Shown in pieces: positions 11,330-23,896 of a stretch of DNA of 38,706 bases; within the stretch, counting starts at the first letter, position 1, and every line of letters starts with the position of its first letter. The translations under genes were made by a program, and so were the position numbers. Origin of the DNA: Octopus sinensis (lineage: Eukaryota); NCBI RefSeq assembly GCF_006345805.1, contig NW_021836766.1, positions 1 through 38,706 of the forward strand. Direction: 5' to 3'. The notes beneath the pieces were generated by a model. That model ran no database searches. It had not been told where the DNA came from and was given only the letters and a program-made list of their open reading frames with translations.

Positions 11330-11450
11330 CTAACGAATTGTTAAAGAGTCGGACAAAATTGCCTTGCAGTATTCAGTTGTAATCTTCAAGAATCTGAGTT
11401 CAAATCTCGCCGAGGAATCCTTCAATGGTTGATAAAATGATGTATCCATC
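11330..11450 (+). mobile_element. Degenerate tRNA-SINE head (family also at 35581-35710 +, ~30118-30245 -)
   Basis: B-box-like TCTGAGTTCAAATCTCGCCGAGG. Confidence 0.5.
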
Positions 11451-12551
11451 AAATCCTGGCGGGCGTCAAGTTAATCGACTAAACCCGTTCATTCCTAAAT
11501 TTCTAACCCCGTGTTTTGTGTTTGAAGCAATTGTTAGGAATTAGCACAGGCGTTAGGGCATCGGAAAATTGCGTTAGGGTCTTTATTCGTCTCTTTATGT
11601 TGTTAGTTCAAATCCAGCTGAGGTCAGCTTTGCCTTTTATATCTCCGGTGTTGATACCAGTAAATACCAGTTCTGAGGTCAACGTAACTGACTTACCCCT
11701 CCCCCACCAAATTGCTGGCATTGTGTCAAAAATGGGAAGAGTTATGGTAGTAATAATGAGGACGATGTTGGTGGGGATGGGGGCTGGTTGTAACAAGGTG
11801 TTCTCAGACGTGTGAATAACTACAAAGATACCCGAGCCCTACAATATATACCCTCATCCAACTTTACTCTCCCACCATTTTAGGGGTTAGGGGTTAAATT
11901 CAATTAATACTCTCCTTTAATACTCTCAAGCACACAGTTGTACACTTTCACAAAACACGTACATGCGCAGATGTGATCACTCACATACACCCGCAAGCAC
12001 ATATAAGTAATGGATCTCCGTCAGTTGCGATGATTACTTGATCGGCTGAACTACTTGTTCGTCGATTTAGTGTGTAAGTGGCTGAGTGTTTCAGAGATAC
12101 GTCTACCCTTAATGTAAGTCTCGGGTAGGAAGGATCAGGGTGACAAGGCTGGGCTTTTGATTTACATGTACAATCGATCTGACCGTCTTCTGCGCAGTTT
12201 TTCGCCAACCCACTCTCATTGGTAGGGCTTGAGTCAACCTCATACTATGGTAAAATACATTTATCCTAGACTGGGATCGAACCTGCAATGTTGTGATTGC
12301 AAGTGGACTTCTTAATAACTAGGTCATACTGAATCCACACACACACACACACACGCACAAACATGCATATGCACATACACACGCATACAAAACTAACGAA
12401 ATATTGTGTGTAAGAGATGTCAGCTGCTGCCAGATAGGACTATATCGAAACTTGTTTACTTTATGGTGTGTAACATGATGACCCTTTCTCGCTAATTCCC
12501 AGCTCTGGAACAACTGTATACTGACTTAACTCCGCTCTCCTATCTTCCCCC

Positions 12552-12552
<1 letters not shown>

Positions 12553-12639
<87 letters not shown>

Positions 12640-12640
12640 C
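12553..12640. repeat. (CTAT)n microsatellite
   Basis: Direct reading. Confidence 0.95.
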
Positions 12641-12699
12641 CTATCTTTCTATCTGTCCACCTATCTATCTGTCTAAGATTAAAATAGGAACACACAAGG

Positions 12700-13605
12700 T
12701 GAGGACATGCTCTTCTCTCGTCAATTATCGTACAGAAATCATAAGTTCGTATGAATGCATCTCGGCTTGGCTTCAAGAGTGAAGCCTTACGTGGAGGGAT
12801 GTCCACATCTGTTGCAGGCTTGCTGATGTCCGATGAGTGATGTTCGTGAAAAACAAGCACGACCTTGGTCAGTCTGTGGATAACTTTCTTTTAGCATCTG
12901 ACGAGATGAAGCTTCCTAGGTAGATGAACTGGTTGACTGCCTTTAGTTTCGTTTCTACGACGAAGATGTGAAGTAGGTGGTCTTTTGCTGTAGCGCGAGT
13001 TGATAGAGGACTTCACTTTTCTATAAACTGACTTCTAGGCCAAAGTGTCAGGCAGGTGATATGTCGTAGGGCTGTCTCTGAGGGTAGCAGGGGCAGCAAC
13101 GTCTGCGAAAAGTTACTCATGGATGAGTTGTTCTAGTGATTAGGTGTGGCTTTGCAGACTCCTCAGGTTGAAGAGGCTGCCCTCAGTAGGGTATAGAAAG
13201 TAGATGCCATCTTCATTATCAGGGTCTTCAGTGTCCTGCTTGAACATTATACCGAAGAAGATGGTAAAAAACGATCGGCGTGGAGACCCAGCCTTGTTTC
13301 GCACCGTTGCCAAAAAGGGAAGGGCTCTGAGAGTTCGTTGCCGAACCAGACCCAGCTCTACAGGTTTTCATGCCGCGGAATGATCATGTTGAGGAATTTG
13401 ATGGGGACATCCAAGACGCTCTTGATTCGGCCGTACACTTTTTCTCTTTACAGTGTCGAATGCTTTGCTGAGATCGACAAATGTGATTTAAAGCCCTTTG
13501 TTATGCTCTCTGCACCTCTCTTGAAGCTATCTAAGAACAAAGACCATATCAGTAATGCTCCTCTTTGGCCTGAAGCCACACTGTTGGAAACATTGCAAGT
13601 TCTCA
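12700..13605 (-). mobile_element. RTE-clade LINE, degenerate RT domain with an internal deletion reaching the C-terminal zinc finger
   Basis: The minus strand reads QCGFRPKRSITDMVFVLR*LQERCREHNKGL*ITFVDLSKAFDTV...SEPF...FFGIMFKQ..ED...EDGIY...GSLFNLRSLQSHT...LFAD...YLGSFISSD. Confidence 0.9.
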
Positions 13606-13611
13606 CATAAT

Positions 13612-13765
13612 ATCCGCGATGCTGTCATCATACCCTGAATAAGAACAAGGGGATAAAATCTGACTGTTCCAAATACATGGAATTACCTTGCTCTCCAGTG
13701 CGGGCAAATCTTTGTCAGAGTCCTTCACAACAGACAAATGGTCATTATGCAAATGAAAACGACGT
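13612..13765 (+). mobile_element. Inverted 5' segment of the same RTE element
   Basis: The plus strand reads RDAVII..NKNKGIKSDCSKY.GITLLSSAGK...RVLHNR, the RTE motif immediately N-terminal to QCGFR. Confidence 0.8.
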
Positions 13766-13874
13766 GGAACACACACACACAGATACACAGATAGATAGAT
13801 AGATAGAAAGATAGATAGATAAATAGATAGATGTTTATATGTACATACAAACACACGACAGAAAAATAAAACTA

Positions 13875-13906
<32 letters not shown>

Positions 13907-13953
13907 CTGTGTGTGTATGTGTGTGCGTGTGTGTGTATGTATGTATATATATG

Positions 13954-13999
<46 letters not shown>

Positions 14000-14001
14000 T
14001 G

Positions 14002-15379
<1,378 letters not shown>

Positions 15380-15675
15380 TATATACAGGTTGTTCAATCG
15401 ATGAATAGCCTACGCGTAAACCAATTGGTTCGTTTCATTCTCTTACTTTATTATTATTATTATCATCTTATAATCATCTCATAATAATGACCTTTATGAC
15501 TCGTATTACTACTTCAGTCAATCTAAATATATATATTTGTCACTACCTGTCATAAATAGCGTTTTCTATCTGCAATATGCATTTTCGTTGATTTTTCATA
15601 TTTTACCCTTACATTTCCACGTGTATTTTATATTTTCTTTTCGTAACATATTTCTACTATATATATATACATATA

Positions 15676-15806
15676 TACGACGGGTCTCTTTCAGTTTCCA
15701 GCGACCAAATCTATTACAAGGCTTTGGTCGGCACGAGCCTGTAGCAGAAGACACTTGCCCGGAACCATGTGGTTGGGAAGCGAGTTTCTCACCACACAAC
15801 CACGCT
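15676..15806 (-). mobile_element. SINE family A, 5' half with an internal deletion
   Basis: Matches 28930-29090 (CGACGGG..TTTCAGTTTCC...GACACTTGCCC|GGAACCATGTGGTTGG). Confidence 0.75.
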
Positions 15807-15855
15807 ATTGTTTCTTACTTATTTATGGAAGTTAATTGCGGTGGCCGGTTAGACC

Positions 15856-16016
15856 GATCAGAGAGCAGCTATTGGTTTCGCACCTATAAAGCGCTTAGTC
15901 GTATAGGCGGCTCACCAGACTCAAACGGTCGAAGGCGCATGACTCATTTAAGTCTGATGAGCCGCCTTTTACCGTTAAGCGCTTTATAGGTGCGAACCAA
16001 TAGTCACTCTCTGATC
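15856..16016. repeat. 161-bp imperfect fold-back (arms ~66 bp, 29-nt loop)
   Basis: GATCAGAGAG..CTATTGGTTTCGCACCTATAAAGCGCTTA...AGGCGGCTCACCAGACT pairs with AGTCTGATGAGCCGCCT...TAAGCGCTTTATAGGTGCGAACCAATAG..CTCTCTGATC. Confidence 0.85.
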
Positions 16017-16062
16017 ATTGAATTTCCATTAAAAAATATTTGACTGCTTTAATCGTTTAGAG

Positions 16063-16263
16063 CAGTGCTTTTCAAACTTTTTGCTGAAGCGGAACCCCAA
16101 GGAAACATTCCACTGGCTCGAGGAACCCCTATGCAATAATTTAATTGTCTTATGCACACATATCTGCACAGGAGAATTAAAAATTATTGTCGATTTTAGC
16201 ATTTTTGTAACTTCTTGCGGAACCCCTGGACTGTACTGGCGGAACCCTGGTTGAAAACCACTG
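16063..16263. mobile_element. hAT (Charlie-like) MITE, 201 bp, with a perfect 8-bp TSD
   Basis: TIRs CAGTGCTTTTCAAAC / GTTGAAAACCACTG. GTTTAGAG is duplicated at 16055-16062 and 16264-16271. Internal GCGGAACCC repeats. Confidence 0.9.
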
Positions 16264-16799
16264 GTTTAGAGTGTGCTTCTTTTTCGGATATATGAACACT
16301 GACGATATATATATATATATATATGTATGTATGCTCACATATACATATATACGAGCACATATATACGCACCACACACACAATTTTAACAAGTGGAAATAT
16401 AAACCTTTTGTAAGTTAATCAGTGTGAAATCTCAGCTATAACGATACACACGCATACACACACATGCATGCACACGGATATATATTTGCTTGTGTACATA
16501 TGTATACACGCACATACACACGCTTACTTACCCACGCATCTAAAATTTTCAAGCCCCCCGTCACTATATTATTTTCATTGTTATATTAGAAGGGGAGTGT
16601 ATGATTTATATACTACCTTCACACGGTATATATATATATCATCCCACCCGTTTCCAACCCTGTTCCCATAGTGCAGTTTACAGAAATATCCACCCATCTA
16701 CTCTAAGTTATACTTTTAAAACGATCACGCACATTTATATGTACACATACATTTACATGTGTGTGTGTGTGTGCGTGTGTGTATGTATGTGTGTGTGTG

Positions 16800-16836
<37 letters not shown>

Positions 16837-16957
16837 CTCTACCTCTGGTATTCGAGGTACTTTTCTTTCCACCTTGTTTCACATTTATTGCTTACTCCGG
16901 TGTTGTGTGTGCGTGTGTGTGTGTGTGTGTGTGTTGTATATATATATATATATATAT

Positions 16958-17072
16958 TATAGAAGGAGCTTCTACAGGACTAGAACTGTTTCATTCAGAT
17001 GAAATCTTCAGGAAGCTTCCTGAAGATTTCATCTGAATGAACAGTTCTAGTCCTGTAGAAGCTCCTTCTATA
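16958..17072. repeat. 115-bp near-perfect palindrome made of two inverted copies of hammerhead family A; the Penelope-like tail continues to ~17150
   Basis: Centre GGAAG|CTTCC at 17015/17016. The arms differ only by one A. Confidence 0.9.
16968..17017 (-). ncRNA. Type I hammerhead ribozyme, family A (complete core)
   Basis: AGCTTC-CTGAAGA-T-TTC(ATCT)GAA-T-GAA-ACAG(TTCTAGTC)CTGT-A-GAAGCT gives a 6-bp stem I, a 3-bp stem II with U.U closure, a 4-bp stem III and a GUA site. Confidence 0.65.
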
Positions 17073-17152
17073 AAATAAATTACTTTACTCTGCTATGTAT
17101 TGAGTACCTTATTTACTGTGGTTAACCCCGACTCAACCCGGGACCTACATAC

Positions 17153-17196
<44 letters not shown>

Positions 17197-17274
17197 TATA
17201 TATAATCGTACTTCCAAACTCATCATACGCGACATGTATGAAAGCCTTGCCCTATAATTGATAATTCTCTCTTT

Positions 17275-17667
17275 TCTTTTCTTTTATTTGTTTCAGTCAT
17301 CTTGACTGCGGCCATGCGGGAGCACCGCCTTTAGTCGAACAAATCGATCCCGGGACTTATTTTTTGTAAGCCTAGTACTTATTCTGTCGGTCTCTTTTGC
17401 CGAACCGCTAAGTTACGGGGACGTAAACACACCAACAACGGTTGTCAAGCGATGGTGGGGGAGAAGCACAGACATATAATTCCCCCCCCACACACACATA
17501 TATGATGGGCTCCTTTCAGTTTCCGTCTACTAAATCCACTCACAAGGCTTCGGTCGGCTCATGGCTATACTCGAAGAGTCTTGCCTAAGGTGCCACGCAG
17601 TGGGACTGAGCGCGGAACCATGTGGTCGGTAAGCAAGCTATTTACCACACAGCCACTCTTGCGCCTA
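17275..17667 (-). mobile_element. SINE family A, full length
   Basis: Colinear with 28693-29097. Head GGCGCAAGAGTGGCTGTGTGGTAA...GGTTCCGCGCTCAGTCCCACTGCGTGGCACCTTAGGCAAG. Confidence 0.9.
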
Positions 17668-17757
17668 TTGAAATTTTTTAATGATTTATGAGCATACCAA
17701 GAATTTATTCAGTAAAAATATATAATTTGAAACACTGCAGTTATGCATCAACAGCAG

Positions 17758-18125
17758 TGGAGGCGCAATGGCCCAGTGGTTAGGGCAGCGGACTCGCAGT
17801 CGGAGGATCGCGGTTTCGATTCCCAGACCGGGCGTTGTGTGTTTATTGAGCGAAAACACCTAAAGCTCCACGAGGCTCCGGCAGGGTGGTGGTGGCGACC
17901 CATGTTGTACTCTTTCGCCCCAACTTTCTCTCACTCTTCCTTTCTGTTTCTTGTCCCCGACTTCCTACGCAACCGCTGAGCCTGGATGCGCATTCATCCA
18001 TCCGTCGATGATCTCGATGTCGGGGGTTGACTTGCTTTCTCTTCTGCGGGTCTTACGAATAGCAAAAGGACCTCGTTTTGGACTTCTCCCAAACGCTCAA
18101 CAGCAGCAACAACAGCAGCAACAGC
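17758..18125 (+). mobile_element. tRNA(Arg)-like SINE with the family-B head but a different 3' half and a (CAG/CAA)n tail
   Basis: Head is near-identical to 25455-25759 up to ~17945, then unrelated. TCAACAGCAG occurs both before the head and at the start of the tail (possible TSD). Confidence 0.8.
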
Positions 18126-19301
18126 TGTGTGTACTCTACCGTGGGGTATGTTAGTTATAAACTGCTCACGGGGCCTGGTTACATCTCAACTATCCGTGCA
18201 GGCATTTCAGAAGTATTCATTACCTTACCGGTTTATCCGTCTCACACATCTCCCCTATATGCTCTGAAGCCCAATGGTATATCACGAGTCCCTTATATTC
18301 AGATGAAATGAATTTGAGTTAGAGGAAGAAAATGTCAATAAAAAAGAGGGTTGTGGGGTCATTAAATTTGGGCATTAAATTGCATTTCATTTAAATATAA
18401 TTAAAAGTGGGACTATTGTATCGTGTCTACAACAGGCCAATAACAATGTAGGGTGCGTGTGTCTGTTATTTTTTATGCTCAGTTGCTAGGGTCTCTGTGT
18501 ATTTTCGATAGCTTTATTTGACGTTACGTCGTATGCTAACATAATTTCTTTCGTATTGCCTATCTGCTGAATTTCATAACAATTTCCTTTTAGTGTTGGT
18601 CACATATTTATGAAACTCCAGGAGTTCTTCTTATTCTCCAGGTATCTTAATTTTCTTCGTATATCTCTTACAGCTGGCCATTAATGTCTTTAGCCACTGA
18701 CATGCTTAAGGCACCGTGGCCAGCCTCAAGAGAAGAACTAATAGCCAAGTAATGAGAGAGTTGCCTAATCAGAAATTCGATGGAAAATACAGAAGATGGA
18801 CGTCTCAGTGAAGTGAGCAAATACCGGTAAACAGCTTGCAGGAGCTGGCAGTAATGATCGACGTGTTAATAAACACAATGTTTAGCCGAGAATAGACTAA
18901 ACACGGCATCTTCAGTTATATGTAACACTCTTGAGAAAAATATTTCGTATTAAAGACTAGCTTCGAAGATGAGAAAACTCTCTTTTAGATTGAATCTTTC
19001 TCTCTTACTCGAACACATTCCATCTGAATGGGTCGTTGTGCCCCACCGAGCTTTCACAGTATATAATAGAGTTTAGTGAAATAGGTAGACAGGTATCTGG
19101 AACAAGGCAGTACCTCTGAATTGTCTGTATGAGTAGTTGAGATGTAAGCAGATCCTGTGAACGGTTTATAGCCAGTGTACCGGGTGATAGTGTCCTCAAT
19201 TCTAGTCGTTACACCATGCTTCATTCATATCTCTACATAAAACGCTTTGTCCAAGATGAGGACAATAAATTCACCTGGTGAAATATGGGCAAGGAAACAA
19301 G

Positions 19302-19366
<65 letters not shown>

Positions 19367-19379
19367 TAATATATGTACA

Positions 19380-19654
19380 ATATATAATGTATTATGTGTG
19401 TGTAATATATGTAATATTATGTGTGTAATATGTGTACAATATATATGTATATATATTGTTAATACATATATACTATTATATCTACTATATATATATTGTA
19501 TATATATATATTATAGGTATTTATATAATCTTATATCTTATATATATACCCTATACAAATATCTATATATATTGTATAATATATATATATATATCTATAT
19601 ATATATATATATATTGTATATTGTATATATATATATATATTATACCTATAATAT

Positions 19655-19693
<39 letters not shown>

Positions 19694-19774
19694 ATATATA
19701 TTGTATTTGTCTATATATATATATATAATATATATATATATATAATACCTATAATATATAATATATATATCTAT

Positions 19775-19806
<32 letters not shown>

Positions 19807-20005
19807 GGTATTTGTTATATATATATAATATATAATATATACCTATATATATAATATAATATATATATTAATATATATATATCTATATATTAGTTTATAT
19901 TGTATATATAGATATATATATATCTATATATATATCTATATATATATATAATACCTATAATATATAAATTACATAATATATAATACATATAATATAGATG
20001 ATATA
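19380..20005. repeat. Long degenerate (TA)n low-complexity array
   Basis: Direct reading. Confidence 0.9.
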
Positions 20006-20087
20006 CATCATATATATATATACATATTGTATGTATATAGCAGATATGAATATGTATATGTGTATGTATCACGTGTGTGTAGCTTTT

Positions 20088-20250
20088 ATCTTTTATCTTT
20101 TACTTGTTTCAGTCATTAAACTGTTGCCATACTGGGGCACCACCTTGAATACTTTTTTAAGCCTTGTACTTATTCTATCGGTCGCTTTTGTCAAGCTTCT
20201 AGATTATGGGATCGTAAACAAACCAACGTAAGTTGTCAAGTGGTGGTGAA
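20088..20250 (-). mobile_element. SINE family A 3' portion, degenerate
   Basis: CTTTTACTTGTTTCAGTCATT...GTACTTATTCTATCGGTC...GTTGTCAAG. Confidence 0.7.
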
Positions 20251-20325
20251 GAGCAATATAGTAATGGTTGCTGACCTATTTTTGTGACTGTCCCTCTTCC
20301 AAATTTGGCAATACAATACTGCTAT

Positions 20326-20464
<139 letters not shown>

Positions 20465-20590
20465 AGTACTTCTCTTTCAGTTGTTCCCACCCCGTTGTAA
20501 CCTGCCTTCACCTAGTCTATTTAAACATCTTCCCCCAGTTTCCCCATGCAACACCCATTCTTCAAATACTCCGGTCGGTATTTTCAGCGA

Positions 20591-20685
20591 TGGCTCTGAC
20601 GAAGGTCGTTCAATTTACCTCAATTGATCAGTAGACCAATTGAGTAAACCCATCTACAATGACTACTTGAAACAGCTGTAAGCCA
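20591..20685 (+). ncRNA. Type I hammerhead ribozyme, family C, intact core with an extended branched stem II
   Basis: TGGCT-CTGACGA-[AGGTCGTT...CTCAATTG/CAATTGAG hairpin...AATGACTACTT]-GAA-ACAGCTGT-A-AGCCA gives a 5-bp stem I and a GUA site at 20678-20680. Confidence 0.65.
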
Positions 20686-20906
20686 AATTTACTCTGATAA
20701 AGGAATTATGTATATACAATTAAGATTCAGTTGAATTAGGTACTTAAATTGGGGTCCCTTGCAAGGTCTGAGTAACATGCATACCCAACAATATTAAGTG
20801 AATATCAGACTTAGTGCATAAGTGCCGGCCATATGATGTTCTTGCAGTGTATGCAGATAATAAGACCCAGCTAAGTGCAGAATTCCGCTCTTAGCTATTC
20901 AGACAT

Positions 20907-21467
20907 GTTAGTTAGTTAGTTAATTTTTTGGCTCAAAAAGCAAAAAGCAAGGCCATGTAGGGGGACATGGAGTTATGTACAGGGTGGTGTTCATATAAAG
21001 AGTTCAGGCCACTTGAGGTCAAGGGAGACTTTGAACCGAGCGGTCGTCGGCATCTTCACCATCTCGTCTGGCAGCTTATTCCACGGATCCGCAACCCGGA
21101 CGGAGAAAACCCCTCTCCTTCGATTGAGATGAAATCGTCCCAGATAGAGCTTTTCGGAATGACCCCGCAGCCGACGCTCTGGAGCAGGAGTGAAGAACAG
21201 CTCTTTTGAGAGGTTACATTTTCCGCTTATGATGTTGTGAGCAAGAATGAGATCACCACGGCGTCGTCGTTTTTCTAGAGAATAAAGGTCGAGCGTCTTC
21301 AGCCTTTCTTCATAAGACAAATTCTTGAGACCAAGAACCATGCGGGTAGCCAGCTTCTGGACTCTTTCGAGATGCTGTGTGTCTTTGAGGAGATATGGAG
21401 AAGAGGCTTGAATCCCGTACTCCAATATGGGTCTCACCAGCGTGACATAGAGAGGGAGGAATATGGC
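20907..21467 (-). mobile_element. CR1-clade LINE, 5'-truncated, with intact 3' end and (TAAC)n tail
   Basis: LYVTLVRPILEYG..ASSPYLLKD...LERVQKLATRMV.GL..LSYEERLKTLDLYSLEKRRRRGDLI...RGHSEKL...FSVRV...WNKLP is the CR1 ORF2 C-terminus. Confidence 0.9.
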
Positions 21468-21570
21468 ATGTACTTTATATTAAAAATATTGTCTATAATA
21501 TTTATGAAGCGAAAATTCTAGGATAGGTGAATAAAATATGAATAACAAAGAGGTACAAGAGTCAGTTGAT

Positions 21571-21733
21571 CACGGTCGTTTCTAACGATTCATTTAATTG
21601 ATTAATGAAAGCAATACATCATTGCAAAGAAACCGTTTTCGTCTGAGAAATTCATGATTTTCAAACATACGGTCTCTTTGCAATGATGTAATGGTCCCAT
21701 TAATCAGCTAAAGGAGTCGTTAGAAACGGCTGT
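21571..21733. mobile_element. Palindromic MITE-like fold-back (~163 bp, ~32-nt loop)
   Basis: CACGGTCGTTTCTAACGA...TACATCATTGCAAAGAAACCGT pairs with ACGGTCTCTTTGCAATGATGTA...TCGTTAGAAACGGCTGT. Confidence 0.7.
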
Positions 21734-21802
21734 AATAAATTGACACCTGTACCTCCGTTTTACTCACTTATATGTATGTATGTATGTATGTATATATATA
21801 TA

Positions 21803-22080
21803 ATATTGACCAACCATAAAGGGCTAATATTGGTAAAATGAGAATACTTATCTACATGGCCGAAACAGCTGTAAGATATAATCTATACTTGTATTTATAT
21901 TTACTTATATTTATATTCCTCTTTAGATATATTCTACTTATTATACAACATTACTCTTTTATGTACACTTTTTTATGTACTTTCCTTATGTACACTGATT
22001 TGTTCTGCTTTTTTTTATTATTTACCCTACAGTCCTTATGTGGTGGTTTAATAAAGTATGTGATTATTATCTAGTAATTG
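21803..22080 (+). mobile_element. Penelope-like terminal-repeat fragment carrying the 3' half of hammerhead family C
   Basis: ...GTAAAATGAGA...ATCTACATGGCC-GAA-ACAGCTGT-A-AGAT followed by an AT-rich tail similar to 3580-3850. Confidence 0.6.
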
Positions 22081-22834
22081 GTATTTGATTTCAGCAACGA
22101 ATGTGTTTAGATCAGATTTGCATCATAAATGTTTGAAAGGTATCTATGTTGAGGTCAATGGGATCCAGTTTTGTGGAAATCAACTGAAAAATATTTGATG
22201 ATATATTGATGTAATCAATCCTTGTGATGTACGCACCTATCAGTGCATTTAAAAAGGGGACTGACCCTTAAATGTGTACCCTAAGCACATAGGCGAGAAA
22301 TCCCTTTTTGTGTAATTGGGTCACAGGATATTTCATACAATGGAAGTGGTTTACCTTTTTGTTCTTGTAAAACTTAATCATTAAAATGTCAAGGATATTC
22401 ACTTATTCAGTACGTGTCACCCCAAATATTACCCTTAACGAATGTAAAGGCAGGAAATGGATAGTGATTTATTTCTATCCTCTAGTAACTGACCCTAACT
22501 GCACTTCTAACGTGAGCTCTTGTTTAAATATAAATTACAGTGAAGCTATCAAAATATCTTGAGCTTGGTTTCCGAATTTTGCCCCGAAACAGTTTATCTC
22601 ACTCCTTTCAAATAAATAAATCTGATGAGTATTTCTTTGTAAACAAATTAGTCAAGTGACTATAGCCTTGGTAGCTTAACAATATGACACTGATATATAA
22701 AACAGGGGTGGCCAATCTTGCTTAATTTAAGAGTTACAACCAATAAAGTTCAGGTGTTTGAGAGCCGTAACACATGGACGACATTTAAACTATAACAAGT
22801 AGCTTGAAATTAGTGTGTGTGGTGTGTGTGAGAA

Positions 22835-22835
22835 A

Positions 22836-22905
<70 letters not shown>

Positions 22906-22908
22906 AGA

Positions 22909-22940
<32 letters not shown>

Positions 22941-23130
22941 AGAAGAAGAGGAAGAAGAAGAAGAGGAAGAAGAAGAAGAAAGGAGAAGAAAAGAAGAAGA
23001 AGAAGAAAAGAAGAAGAAGAAGAAGAAGAAGAAGAAGAAGAAGAAGAAGAAGGAAAGGAGAAGAAAAGAAGAAGATGAAGAAAAAAAAAGAAGAAGAAGA
23101 AGAGAAGAAGAAGAAGAAGAAGAAGAAGAG
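22835..23130. repeat. (GA)n followed by (GAA)n microsatellite
   Basis: Direct reading. It produces the spurious poly-E/K/R ORFs. Confidence 0.95.
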
Positions 23131-23487
23131 TGAAAACGCTATCAGGAGAACAATGGTTTAAGTGACGAAACAAGCAATGTTGGACAATAGTAGAGAAAAT
23201 GAGGATTTCTAGAACGATTATAGAGAGGAGCTTATAAAATAGTTTGTTGCTTCTTGAATGGGTCATTATGCAAAGAATAAGCGAGCGCGTGCACACAAAC
23301 ACACACGCACACACACAAACTGAAATAGGGCAAGAAATAAGAGATTGCTCTGGGCTCGCATAAAGCAAGAAGTTGAAGCTTTTTCTGCATTGTCAAACAT
23401 TTAAACCAAATTTTCTCAAAGCAATTTGTGCGACTGTCCCATAGTCCGTCCCTTTGGGAAGCACTGATTTAACCTAAATTTAAGACA

Positions 23488-23896
23488 CCAGCAAAAGAAG
23501 AAATAACGATAGACATTTTTTCTATTCCAAAGAAAAACGATTTCTGACGGCTTTATCGATCGCACTCTCACCTGACATCGATTTTTGTAATTTTTTCAAT
23601 ACTTATACACGCCCTGATACCGTCGGTATCTACATATCAAATTTGAGCGCAATCGGATCCAGCAAAAGAAGAAATAAAGGTAGACTTTTTTTCTATTCCA
23701 AAGAAAAACGATTTCCCACGGCTTTATCGATCGCACTCTCACCTGGCATCGATTTTCGTAATTTTTTCAAGACTTATACACGCCTTGATACCGTCGGTAT
23801 CTACATATCAAATTTGAGCGCAATCGGATGGAGGATGCCCGAAATCCTAGAAGACACACACAAAGACAGACAGACAGAACAGATTTTATATAATAG
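23488..23896 (+). mobile_element. Helitron-like non-autonomous 3' end with a 171-bp tandem duplication
   Basis: Units 23488-23658 and 23659-23829 end AAATTTGAGCGCAATCGGAT, followed by (GACA)n and TTTTATATAATAG. This resembles invertebrate non-autonomous Helitron ends. Confidence 0.55.

Noticed and set aside
11879-11897. TTAGGGGTTAGGGGTTA as an interstitial telomere
   Set aside because: Only two imperfect units; expected by chance or as part of a repeat.
18330-18660. Possible Penelope RT remnant on the minus strand (LAYDVTS)
   Set aside because: The similarity is limited to a few residues among many stop codons.
18660-18900. Possible Dact exon 2 (NSLQELAVMIDVL vaguely like NQLQELDKQISDL)
   Set aside because: There is an in-frame TGA just upstream, no in-phase acceptor, and only weak similarity.
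22703-22790. CAGGGGTGGCCAATC, a hAT-like terminus
   Set aside because: No partner TIR or TSD was found, so it is too fragmentary to call.
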